64,000 bases of DNA from Botryllus schlosseri (lineage: Eukaryota): NCBI GenBank assembly GCA_051294905.1, contig CM119372.1, forward strand, positions 5,334,001-5,398,000. The letters are read 5' to 3'. The translations under genes were made by a program, and so were the position numbers. Position 1 is the first letter of the stretch. Every line of letters begins with the position of its first letter. The notes below the pieces were generated by a model, which had not been told where the DNA came from, made no database searches, and worked only from the letters and a program-made list of their open reading frames with translations. Of the stretch, positions 36,401 to 49,478 are shown in pieces.

Positions 36401-39400
36401 TAGCCTTAATTCTGCGACTTGAAATTGATAGTATTGGGATTACCGTCGCTGGCCGTTACGTAGCGGATTTGTCGACTCACCCGCCTCACATCTTTGGTCA
36501 CATTTCAAACATTCGATTGCCGCTTGTCGAAATGACTGACTGCATTTCTCGTCGGCGACAGTCGTTATCTTTTCGAAACAGTTTATGACTTCACTTTCGC
36601 TGGCTCCTGTTAAAAAGAATCAATCTTCTGTTTCATCTGCCCCCATATACATATCTCTGTGGACACTGCACAGTGTATTACTCGCGCACAGTTAAGGAGA
36701 TAGCGGGAAACGTTCTAGTAATCTAGTTGCAGCAATATAATATTAAGTTGAGGCTTACCGATGAGCCTATGCTCATTGCTTACTGCCCATAACACGTAAC
36801 TGAAAGTATGTCTACTGACTAGGGATGGTGTGAACCTCTGAAAGTTTCAGGTTCGTGTGAACGCGAACCTTTTTGAAAGGTTCTGCGTGAACGCGAACGT
36901 GAACCTCATGACGTCACGTGACGTCATATTGATAATTCCAACCCTACATTTCAGTGAAGTGTTAGCGTATATTAATATACATGATACCTAGCGACGACTC
37001 GGGCCACACAATGCCACTATGCTGAAGTACATATTGACGGTTCAAACGTCGCCAAATGTATCAACTGCATGGGGCGATCAAATGATATAATAATCCCATA
37101 AAATCAATATATTCCGTCGCTTTGCCAACAATTTCAACGAGGACTTTTAGCAGTTTCTGGTCGCATTTTCAAGCACCGGTACCAACAAACGAAATCCCAA
37201 TAGTGTGTTGGCTTCGAAATTACAATGAAATGTCGGTCTTGGCCGTCTGAATCTCGAGTCAATGACTTGCTTCGAGTCATGCGCAATGACTCGAGTCCAA
37301 GTCGAGTCAATACACAAATTGACTCGAGTCGAGTCGAGTCATTTCCGTATTTTGAGAAAATGACTCGAGTCGAGTCGAGTCATCCGAAAATCGTGACTCG
37401 AGTCTGACTCGAGTCGAGTCATGACTCGAGTCATTACAACCCTGCTTGCTACACGATGTTACCCCATTAACAAGTTATACAGCAGTAGCCAACACCCCAA
37501 TGTCACGGATTTGGTTTTTATGGTACAATAAACATATGAAATCAAGATTGCCCCGTGCGCCTGCTTTATTTTTTACATCATACAAACGAAAGCGATATCC
37601 ATTTCATCGGTTGGCTGAATAAGCATCATTCGCTGAATACCTATATGTAGCGGATTTCGCCCTCGATGTTGTGTGATTGCGGGTCAAGATCACAGCAGAG
37701 AGTCACTAAATATTCGAGCAAACTTTTCTAACAAAGCAAGTAATATTTTTGAAATTGTCAAGGCACATGATCGTTTAGTGTTGATTTTTTATGCTGGCAG
37801 CGCCGTGCACTGCATTGCATATAGTGGCCCACAGTTGAAATGCAATGAATTTCAACCTAAGACGTTATAACGAAGTGAAAATTGTAATATATGGAAAAGG
37901 TTCACAGTGCAGAACCGACCAAGGTTCGTTTGTGAACGTGAACCTCTAAATTTGCTAGGTTCACACACAGAACGGGAACGTGAACCTCGCGTTCACACAC
38001 CATCCCTACTACTGACTATAGAGCTGGGGACAATGATACTAGTATTGAATCTGAATAGAGCATTAATTCTAATGATTCGAGGCGAATTGTGAGAGATTAA
38101 TGTTTCGAGTACAGAAATTATACGCTCTTTCACACTTCATGCTAATTTATTAGTGAGGATTATATTTTCGATGCTAGTTTCGACCGTGGAAGGATTTTTT
38201 AACAACAGAACTACAGGTAAAAAGTGGGCAATTCAGGGGAGTCAAGCCAGAGTGTTGACCATTTTTGTAGTCAACACAACAAGATGTTCAGTAAATATTT
38301 CAAAATCGCTGTTTTGAATTTCGGTGAACTAACTTTTATGATTTGATAGACGTGTCCTGCTTTACCGATTCAAAAATATGGGAACCCTCGTTAATATGGG
38401 TGCCATCTTCGAAGCAAACCTTTCGGAATGATATAAATTACATCAACTGCGGTTGTGGAATTCGAGATATCTAATAATCTTGATATAAGCTAACAAGCTC
38501 ATATGAAAAAACTTGTACGCGCAATTGTAGTTCACGGTACACAATCAAAACAATGACGATGTGGATAAGTATTATCATGGAAGCAATATTTAATAATCGT
38601 AAGAAGCATATTTTAAAATTATATTCTCATAACGGCCCAACAACTTTATCATTGTCCAATGTCCATTTATGATTAGAGTAAATAAGAACTTGCGTTACTA
38701 CCTTCGCCGATGTCGTAGTTGCAGTTTGTCATGGCTAATGCTCTGCAGCGTGGTACGTTAGCCTCCTTGGACGCATCAAAATTCTTACAACTTGTAGAAG
38801 CTGTGCAATCTGCACGGCATGAATTTTCTACTTCGTCATCATCACCGTCATCTGAAGTCGGGAAGGGCGCTGGGTGTACTGAACACTTGTCCAAAATTCA
38901 AGCCTACCGTCACTGTCGCATCGCTCCTCGCAGCGCCAACATGCTATCGCCTTGTTTCTGATCCCGAAAGGACACCTTTTATCGGCCTGCTTCTTCATTG
39001 CCATGAAGCACGAGAGAGATGCCTCGTCATCTACTTGAAAATCATCTCATGATGAGTGGGAATGGCTTTTCCGTGGATGGGGTAACGCATTACATAGGTG
39101 CTACATGTCGCATTTGTAATTAGATTTAGCTTTAAGCATATCACATAATACTCTTCCTATAGTTGACCTGGGTGATTAACTTTAACATGGAACATATATA
39201 TCTTAAAAGAAGCGTCAAATGTAGAATAGGGGGCTTTTCGGGGTCGAAATAGCTTGATGTTTTGGAGACGATGAGAAATCCACCCCCAGCAGGGAACTAT
39301 AGGGAGCCTAACGCATCAATATAACAGATTAAGGGTCACACACGTTATTGCCTACTGGTTCATGGCAGTTACAGATTCGCTCTAAAGAATACATATCATC

Positions 39401-42400
39401 AAGAAGGGTATATTCACAGTCATCCTTCGTTAATTTGTCATTTCGTGAATAGGGAAACTGACACCAATATATTTGCTAGGGGTACCAAGCAAAAGTTTAT
39501 GCTCAGTTTTTCATACGCGTGCCAATATTCTTACCGCAATACTGGTCTGCGAATTCACTGCAGCCTTGTTTCTTTTTATCAGGTAGATTCGCAACGGATT
39601 TACACGCTCTTGTCTCTTCGCATTCGGCGAGGCATTCCTCTTCATCGTCGTCATTGCTTTCAGAATCGCTCTCGTACCTGTCGCTATCTTTTCCGTCTCC
39701 GTCGTCATCTAAAGTCACCGAAACGAATTATTCATAAGTTGGGTATTGAGACTGATTGGTGGTTAACGCGCCGGAGTAATAAGTTCATGATAAGTTGTAT
39801 AGAGACAGACGACTAAAAACGACACGATGAGAAATTAAGGTGGATTGATTAACTAATCTGCCAAGGAAAGTTCTTCAGAAAGGGCTACTCAAGTAGTAGT
39901 AGAAGTAGCGACGCAAAAATCTGCTCAAGTACGAGTAGAAGTAGTCTTTTTAAAAGCAACCTAAAGCTACTTGAAGTAGACGTAGAATTTCCTAGCTTAA
40001 AATCTACTGTCAAAATCTACTGGACTGTCAAAAGCTGCAAATTGAGTTATACGGAAGGTGCAGAGAGCTTGATTCATGTTGATACATCATTTCAAGAGCA
40101 TAAGCATCATTTGATGCAAATGATAGTATCGCTATGGACACTAATCTTTGTTTACCCGAAGACCCCGTTTTAGAAAACGTCATGGTGCGGCGCCCTCACC
40201 CATATTAGTAGGCTCGTAGTTTAGTCGAAGAACAATACCAACAAGCTGTATCGGATACGCCGATACGGTGTTAACACTTTGCGAGATTAGTATACGTTAA
40301 TAAAAAATATGACGGATCGTGAACCATAGTGTAATTTTATTTTCGGAAAATAGAGGCATTACTACACTTGCTTTTAAACTTGTAAGATGTAAGTTCTCCA
40401 GATCCAGACAAAAGAACTGAAAATAATTAGAACTCAAAACTAATGATACTGTGAATTAAAAGAGAAATACCAGCATTACTTCTTAAAAGAGAAATGTGTT
40501 ACGTCTCTTGCCCAGATAGCTTGAAAGGTGGTCAGCTAAAACCGGTCTCGCGCTCAAAAAGTCAGAGACCACTTTACTAGATTAGGACACGCCATGCTGG
40601 GCTGCTAGATTACGATATGATAGGTAAAGACTAGATTGTGAAACTACTAGTTTCAAACGTTATGATGGGCCATATTTACGGTGATGAACTATTTCATTTG
40701 GGTGACAATACGGTTTGAGTAAAGGGAGCCATGCTACCGCTACCTAAATTTTAAAGCCTTATCACCGATACTTTCGTGAAAACATACTTGTCACTCCATA
40801 TCTACTTTGCGGGATGAAAATTCTGGGCTTTACTTAACTTGCATGAAAATTAAATGTTGGTACTCCATGAACACATCGCCGAAATTTATGAGTCTCTCTT
40901 TCGAATTGGAGAATTATACTACCTCTACTTGACAAACTAAAAATAACGAAAAGTAAGTAAGTAGAACACTAAATAGGACGAATTAGAAGTAGAAGTAGCG
41001 AAAATGAGATGTACTTGAGCAAGTACCACAAGTAGTGAAAAAATACTAGAATACTTCGAAAAAGTAGAAGTACTTCGTTACTGACCACCTCTGCTTACAT
41101 ATTGCATGATAGTAGCGCCTTCTTCTGTTGGGTCAGCTAATTATTGTACCGGATAGAAAATGGATGTGGACTGGACAGCTCTACGTATCTCGTGACTGAG
41201 TCGGATCGGCATCATAGCCTCAATTCCGAGACTTGAAATTGGTAGCAATGGGATTTCCATCGCTGGCTTCCAGAATTCCTACCTAAGTGTTGGAGGTTTA
41301 TCTAGACTCCTCCTCGCCATCTCATTCGTGTGAGCGGTGTCTTGAAATGCCGAGAAGTGGGGCGTGCTATACAAGTCGGCAGTTACAGAATCAAAAATAA
41401 CGAATATCGGCCTGGTGTAAATGACTGCTGTTACCCAACGGAATTGTCGACTCACCTGGCTCACATTTTTGGTCACATTTCAAGCATTCGATAGCGGCTT
41501 GTCGAAATGACTGACTGCATTTCTCGTCGGCGACAGTCGTCATCTTTTCGAAACAGTTTATGACTTCACTTTCGCTGGCTCCTGTTAGAAAGAATCAATC
41601 TAGTATTTCTTTCATCTGTCTCTAATCTCCATACATATCCTGTGATCACTGCATAGTGCACACTGTGCACACTGTGCTGGCACGCAATTGGGGAGATAGC
41701 AGGAAATGTTCTTGTAGCAGCAATATAATATTAAGGTAAGGCTTACCGATGAGCAGCCTATATGCTCATTGCCCGTAACAAATAATCTTTAATGTCATGT
41801 AGAAGTAGAAGTGGCATTACATTGTTTTAGTCGCAAAAAAGGTACGTATTTGCACTGTCCAGGTGTCCACGTCATTCATTCTATTGTGACGTCATCACGG
41901 GCGATATTCGAGTACTCTGCAATAAGCCTAATACTCGACTCAGAATATAATTACTCAAGTATTCGGATTTGCCCAGCCTTAAGTTTGACGTAATGGAAAA
42001 AGTTAACTGATTAATGTCAGTTAATATTAGTGCCATCTCCGGAATAATCCTTTCGTAATTATAAATTATATCAACCGCGGTTGCGGAATTTGTGATATCT
42101 ATTAATAACTAACAGGCTGATATCACGAAGCTTGAACCCAATTGCAGTTCGCGGCACAAAATCCGAACAATAGCGATGCCGATAAGCATTATCAAAACCT
42201 ACGGTAATAATAACTATGACAAACATATTTTAAAATAATATTGTCGTAGCGACCCAACAACTTTCTTATTTGTCCATTTGTGGACCTCGCTTGTAGTACC
42301 TTCGCCGATGTCGTAGTTGCAGTTTGTCATTGCTAATGCTCTGCAGCGTGGTACGTTAGCTTCCTTGGACGCATCAAAATTCCTACAACTCGTAGAAGCT

Positions 42401-44973
42401 GTGCAATCTGCGTGACATGCGCTATCTACTTCGTCGTCATCATCATCATCGTCATCATCATCATCGTCATCATCTTCATCGGAAGTTGGGACGGGCGCTG
42501 GGTGTACTGTATTTGTACAATGTACGTTAGGGTTGTTCAGTTTTACCGGATTCCGGCGATTCACTGAATAAATTATTCGGTTGGAAAAACCTAACAATTT
42601 ATTCAGCGAATCACCGGAATACGAAAAAAGGTAATTTTTGGACAAACCTACAGTAGAATTGTACGAAATTCAACACGCATATCAAGCCTACCGTCATTGT
42701 CGCATCGCTCCTCGCAGCGCCAACATGCGATCGCCTTGTTTCTGATCCCGAAAGGACACCTTTCATCGGCTTGCTTCTTCATTGCCATGAAGCACGAGAG
42801 AGATACCTCGTCATCTACTTGGAAATAACCTCATGAAGAGATGGAATGGCTCCTGCGTACTGTGGCAACGCACTATACAGGTGCAGGGTACTATATTTGC
42901 CGCAACAGTAATTACGTTTAGTTATTCGCATTTATAACACAGCGCCATTATTAGTTGACCTGACGCTTGGACCCTGAACAATGGACATTGAACATATATT
43001 TTATAAGAAGCGTCAAATACAACGCTGCAGCCTGCAGGCTATTCGCGGTTGAAATAAATGGGTTTGTGCTGACGATGATAATTCCACACCTCATCAGGAA
43101 ACTAGGAGGGCTAACGCATCAATCATCATCATCAGTTTAATCAATTTTTTATCAAATCGATGCACCGCAATATTTGCAATATAATGAAAAGACAGGAGGG
43201 TGCCCAGACGAATAAGTAGTAATGGGACGCACACATTATAGCCTACTAGTAGGCCTATGGCAGGTTCTGATTTGTTCTAAGTAAGACATATCATCATTAT
43301 TCATTATTATGTAAGAAACTGGATATGTTGACAGTAATACTCTGCTAATTTGCCGTTTCTCGAATATTTAAAGTTTCACAAATATCTTACTAGCGTCACC
43401 AAGCAGCAAGTTTGGTCAGTTTTTCTCATGTGTGCCAATATTCTTACCACAATACTGGTCTGCGAATTCACTGCAGCCTTGTTTATTTTTTGCAGATAGA
43501 TTCGCAACGAAATTGCACGCTCGTGTCTCTTCGCATTGGGCGATACATTCCTCTTCATCGTCGTCATCGCTTTCAGAATCGCTCCCGTACCCGTCGCTGT
43601 CTTCTCTGTCTTCGTCGCCATCATCTAAGTCACCGAAATGAGTTGTGTATTGAGATTGTATTGAGGCTGGGCAAAATGTTTCGAGTATTCGAATCGGAAT
43701 CGATTATTAATTTTAATGATTTGAGTCGAGTAGTAAAAGACGATTTTGTCGAGTACTGAAATTATACGCTCTTCGCTCTCCACACTCTCCACGCTCGCTC
43801 TCTACACTCTTCGCTCTCCGTCGCCAAAAGCATCTCGATGGTGCAGGCAAAACCGAATACCCCCCTTCTCTCTCTCTCGCCACTGAAAGTTAATTTATCA
43901 ACGGGAATTTAATTTACAGTACTATTTTCCAATGTGGTAGCCTTGAAACCTTGATTGTCCGTATCGCGGCATACAAAACATAGTAGAAAGCTAAAAGCGT
44001 TACTAGAAATTACACATTTACGAAGTCTTGATCATCCCACAACATTTTCACAAAGTGCAATGAAATCAGCATGGTCGAAAAATATACCAAAGTATTTTTA
44101 ATGCGATGGATAACAGGCATTGTATTCTTTGTGATGGCATAAAAGGTGCATATTTGAACATACTCGAAGCATAATGCGTGATTCAGAATCGGATCACTCA
44201 GGTACTCGATTTTGCCCAGCCCTAACTGGTCGGTTTCCGGGGCGGATTACTCCCAATATCACACTGTGGTTAACCAGAAAAAAAGATCTTAGCCGGTCAT
44301 ATCGCCACATCCAGTTACATTGAGTTTTGTGACCATACTGTTCCTCATAAAGCAGTAGTAGATATATACTTACTACCATGTAGTTCATAGCATCGGTATT
44401 CGCATGTCAGACAAGGAACGGCAACGCGACTTATTCGCTTGCTGCAGCCCCCTTTCATGCTCGCAGCGAGTGAGGCAAGGCACTTGGTCACGTCATCTGC
44501 ATCTTCTATGGTAAAATATGTATATTTAAAACATTTTCCATCCGTCTATTCGGTATTATGGTGCCTAGATCGATATTTGCAGGTATAGTAACCTACCGCA
44601 GGTGTCCTGAATATAATCTATGCATTTCTTCACTTTCTTTTTTGGCTTCACTTTTTCCAGTTTCATACACGCCTTGCCCTTGTGACATTCATCCTCACAT
44701 GAATATTCCAAGTCAAGTTGCCTTCTCCGTGCTGTCAGCAGTAAAACATTGTGTTTAGCATCAGATTTGTAATAACCGGATGACTCAATGAAATATCGGC
44801 GAAAGTTCTACCTAGAACAGCCACGAAAAGGTATAGATGTTTTGTTCACGTATCCATGGATTTTAAATGTGTATCTCTAGTAGTAATACTAGTCGATGAA
44901 TTGAAGATATTTTACCGTTGCAAAATCCCGCCGCCCACACAGCTACGAGTAAAATCAAATAAAAAGCTTTCAT
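30439..44973 (-). CDS. Secreted ~870-aa cysteine-rich tandem-repeat protein (9 two-exon modules of 10-12 Cys, acidic linkers; vanabin-like spacing), 19 exons
   Basis: Exons 44973-44916 (signal MKAFYLILLVAVWAAGFCN), 44731-44597, 44505-44374, 43624-43448, 42817-42692, 42506-42300, 41581-41456, 39708-39535, 39033-38908, 38878-38702, 36606-36481, 36214-36047, 35286-35164, 35101-34937, 34862-34740, 34505-34389, 30941-30819, 30732-30619 and 30554-30439 (TAG). All introns are GT-AG phase 1, all internal exons are multiples of 3, and there are no internal stops. Confidence 0.82.
35357..35793. mobile_element. MITE with TCGAGT-rich subtermini (related copy at ~43664-44224)
   Basis: CTGTGCAAAA...TTTTGCACAGCCCA. 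The related copy GGCTGGGCAAAA...TTTTGCCCAGCCCTA shares internal sequence. Confidence 0.6.
36820..38008. mobile_element. hAT-type element (TAGGGATG termini) carrying a nested GACTCGAGTC-repeat element fragment at ~37240-37445
   Basis: TIR TAGGGATGGTGTG...CACACCATCCCTA. Perfect 8-bp TSD CTACTGAC at 36812-36819 and 38009-38016. GTGAAC subterminal repeats. Confidence 0.9.
39885..41093. mobile_element. hAT-like element with AGTA-rich subtermini and GACCACCTCTG end
   Basis: The right terminus reads CAGAGGTGGTC on the minus strand, and the same terminus occurs at ~22654-22664. The paralogous intron at ~36280-36300 lacks the insertion. Confidence 0.6.
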
Positions 44974-46504
44974 CCTGCGAAGTCTAGCGACTGTTACGAG
45001 GCGAATGATGTTAGTCGCCTTCTGCAGCGAACTATACGCTGTAAGATTTTTCTGCAAATTACCATCCTTGTCAAAGCGCCTCGAGTGCGATGACAACATA
45101 ATGGCAGTTCGGGAAATGATCCTTATTTTTCTCGCACTTAATTCGAACGCGACAAAGATTCAGATTTTGTCAAGGATCCCCACGTTTGTCACGGCGAAAT
45201 ACTTGTTTCGGTTTACAAGTGCTTCTTGATATTGTAACGAACCATAGCCACACGGTTGTGTAATGTGTATGTCCAATTGTCCATCGTTCGGAAGATATCT
45301 TGAAAACGATATCATGAAATTGACAGGAAATCGTGAATAATATAAGTTTATTACATATGCGTAGGCTACTGAAAAGTGTTGTGTACTAATTTTTCAAGTC
45401 GCGGTCGGTCGCAACATGGCTATTGCTATAGCTGTAATTTTCCCATCGACATCCATGACCCAATGGAGGTTATACTCTCAAAATAACCTGCGAACAAATG
45501 GATCTCTTATGTTAATGCCCGGAATATTCATATAAATATATGTAGACATCGCCCTTATTATAGAACCAATCTTTGTTTTCGTGAACTTACATGTCATAAT
45601 TGAGAAAGGCTCGTCAACTTATGTGATGATTCAAAAGGCACGAGCAGTCGATGTTGTTGGATGAGCATTCCGTCTACAAATTATGTTGTACTCATATATA
45701 GGCTAGTGATCATGATAGTATTTGACCGTTGTATCGGCGGACGCCTAATCAGATCTTATGAATGAACTCCCTGCTCTGTATTCGAGAAAGTTTTCAAAAT
45801 AGATATTATGTGGCGATGATAACAGCAACATAGCCTATTATGAAGCTGCTATATGACCTCACAGGCCTTCTCGCCAGACAGACTTTCTGTTCAGGGACGC
45901 CAACGTCGTTTTCTGTTGCGCGCGCTTGCTAGTCGTCTCTAAAGTCGGAACATGATTCCCAGAAAACTTAATACTGTTAATATCAATGACACATACATGT
46001 TTCTTTTATTTCAGTTTAAATCTTCAGCGTTACATATATGCCAAACGCGATTTAGCCAATTTTTACTTGACAAATATGTTTGAAAAGCAGCATGCGAAAT
46101 TTGGCGAAGTCGTATGAGTCCACCTCCACAGATTTCATTATTTTGCATGCTATCCCGAAAATTGATTACAGATCATGATATGGATTGAGCATCTGCCGGT
46201 CGGCATAATGATAACGGATAAGCTGTGCGATTTGTCGTGTAATATTTCACGAATGACGATACAACGATACAACACGACGGCATTACTGGACATACGAATT
46301 GTTCGCTCTCGATCCGCTTATCCATATCGATATTGCACATTAACAAATAATCGAGCCCATAAATTGCATAGCTAATCACAATCGATATTCATTCGCGGGA
46401 TTCCAGAATCAGAACAGAGGAGCTACTACTCTAGATCGCATAGTTGTGTATGCGAATTCGAGCGCATGTAAGCACTAAGCATTCAACAACTTACAGCCTG
46501 TACA

Positions 46505-48454
46505 ATGAAGAGCAGGTCGGCGATTTCAGCTTTTTTCGCCGCAGTCATCTCTGGCTTGATATGGATCTTGGTTGCGGTAGCCGGAGTGATCGAAAACAGC
46601 GGTGGTGCATGGTCGCAGGACGTACGGAACGGTGAATTTCCATTTTACATTTGTGTTTACAAATCTGCAAATTTTCCGAAATCGATTCCTTATCATAATT
46701 TAGATAAATGGTAGGCCTATATAGTCAGCGGCGTAATCACCGCACCATCAGCACGCCTTATTCGATTATATATAAAAGGTACGGCGAGATTCGGCTGGAT
46801 AGTGAATGTAGCGCGATTGAGTACGTATTTGATTGTGTTTCTCGACGTTAATGGGATGAACTAAAGATGGCTGACGTGAAATCGTGACCGTGATAAAATT
46901 AAGGCTAGTGTTCTTGTGTGTAAAATTGTAATCAACATAATAATTATTCCTTTCCTGAAATTGTCGGTGGTTGCTAGGTTGTATATGGCGACGTAAGTAG
47001 CCTGTAAAATCGAGCCGCATATTATTTGATTAAAATTTCACTTATAACCATATTATAGCTGTAAGATAAGATATGTCCTTCCTATCCTTATAATCGCATC
47101 ACGATACGTGGTAAAGAATACATGTGTTGACAGTGTTTTTCAGGAATAGAAGCTACAGTTTGATGAGAAAATGGATGATAGACGTGACCCCCACTGCATG
47201 GTCCCTATGCATATGGGAATTCATTTACACGTGGAATACCTTGTGGGTCGTGTATTGCGTTTGTATAACATGCAGACCAGGTACTCGGACGTTTTATCTA
47301 TCATTGAAACCATAATTTCGTTGGATCGATATCAGTTTCAGATAAGATAAGCACTGGAGATACCGTAATATGCAGTGTAAATGCGTTTCCTCCGCTTTTC
47401 CATTGGCTATGGGGACTGTGCGGCGCTTCTCATCTGGCATGGTTTTTCTTCTGGGATAGAGAAATTCTCGTCGGCAGTGTGTTCTTTCAAGTATTTGTGG
47501 TGGCTGCCTGTATTGGATGCTTATACGTCTCATATACATCGGTAGATAGGTATGCATTTACAAAACACCCATTAGCTTTAAATTGTTAACGTTGAATGAG
47601 GGCGTATTTATATTTATCGGCTCCAATCACAACAAAATTGAAAAAAACGCGAAACCACTTTTTGAAATCTATTAATTCAAATAATTTGACTTGAAACTTT
47701 AGGTTTTGTTAGGGGATTAATTTATATAGTGCCGAGGGTAATTTATTGATATGGCCTCTTAATATTAAAAAAATTGACAAACAAACACTAAATCATTGAA
47801 GTCCATTAATGTAATTATGTCAACTTGGAATTTTAATTTCCTATTCGTAACCAGAATTCATTTATTCAGGAATGGTGCTCTTTTGCAAAGTTGTTATCCG
47901 TGGGACCTTTGGGTTTGTCGAACTCTTGTTCAAAATGGAATAGCTATGCTATGCACATGGTCTGCAATCCTCTTTCTTATCAACGTGGTACAGTTTATAA
48001 ATTTCATGTTCTTGCAAAGAGTAGATATCATCAAGAATATTTTTTTTTATCACAGGCTTCAATCCTAACGTATCACGGGGCAATTCCATCTTCCGTCAGC
48101 TCTCTCGGTGTTATCATTGTCATCGCCGTTACGCTTGTGTCGTGGTTCATTCTCGACACCTTCGTTTTGGATAGATGGGTTCGTTACACGTTCGCAGTGT
48201 ATCCTGTGATCGGATGGGGCAGTTTGTCGATGCTCGTGCAGCACTTCCAACCATGGACAAACTCGACTATTATTACATTATGCATTTTCGGACTGTCATG
48301 TTTGATATTCATCATTCGCGTACCTTTGGTAGTTTGGAAAAGTTTTAGCCACCCATTGTATATGAGCCATACTTTACCCCACGTAGTTAGACAGGCGTTA
48401 CCAAAAATTCCAAGTCCAAACCAGCCTGACCCTACTGCTTCCACGGTTTTATAA
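46505..48454 (+). CDS. Uncharacterised multi-pass membrane protein of the conserved 'ITPAxWxFxIW...WDRE...DLW..R.LVQNG' family
   Basis: Exons ~46505-46631, 47134-47280 (DVTPTAWSLCIWEFIYTW), 47342-~47549 (WFFFWDRE), 47870-47987 (DLWVCRTLVQNGIAMLCTW) and 48056-48454 (WFILDTFVLDRWVRYTFAVYPV...stop). Several hydrophobic segments. Family assignment is from recalled motifs. Confidence 0.8.
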
Positions 48455-49478
48455 GACCACGAGCAATCGAACCTGTATATGTACTTACGCTATATGTACG
48501 CATTGCCTATTCACCCTTTCAACATCGCCTTAACCACATTTTCATTTATGAATTACATCTACATTAGGCCATATTTGAGGTTGTGTTAGTGAACATCATA
48601 TAAGATATCAAGTACATACTATAGTGACCAACGACGATGGATGCTTATTCTGCCATATCGATATATTATGTGTTATGCGAACCTCAGAGATGCCCGCATC
48701 GAGATAGGATATACCGGGTTCACATATACAGGAATTAGGAATACACTACCTAATCTGTATAGAATATAGCAGTCGTTTTCGCATGAATACCTGCATTATT
48801 TGAGTGTGTATTTCAATAATCAGATGTACATTATCATGGAGACTTTTGTTGATTGAAAAGGGACAGAGAACACCGTGAATAGAAAGTCAAAATGACTCCG
48901 CAGCCCTACAATTAGAAGTGATATTTTACATTACAAAATAGATGTTAATTTCGAAAACATTATTCGAAAAAGTAGTCAGCTGTGGTTCTCGGATATAGAG
49001 TAACACCACACATTTCTAACAATTTCCAAGACATGCCAAACCAACTTTAAACAGACGCGGCCATTTAAAGGCAAGGAAAGTATTCAAGAAAACAGTTCGC
49101 AGAGGTAGATCAGGACAGCCATATATATAACTCTACAGACTCCTTGATAGACAGTTGCCACTGACAGGTTTCAAGATGCGTATTCGGCATGAATGCATAA
49201 TGACTAATTAATGCTGGCACTCGACACATGGGTGCAATCGCGAGGAGTTATTTTCGCTTATAAAAGTGATCCGTATCGATACAAGCACTTCTACTTAACA
49301 AAATATAACATGCAAGAGGTACAAGCAGAAGATAATGTAGTGTTAAAGCATGACTATACCGGAGTTAGTATATAGTTGAAGTAGATAAAACACACGAGCT
49401 TGCTCCTAAAAAGTAGAAGTAGGTCGTTACGGACAGTAATTATGAGACCGTATATTGTCATGGAGCAGTCCTGCGTGT

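Noticed and set aside
37240..37445. Regular GACTCGAGTC repeats that superficially resemble a CRISPR array
   Set aside because: No unique spacers of constant length, and the context is eukaryotic. These are subterminal repeats of a nested DNA transposon fragment.
30439..44973. Interpretation as a cluster of separate small vanabin genes
   Set aside because: Only one signal-peptide exon and one stop codon were found, and every module ends in a phase-1 donor, which favours a single multi-module gene.
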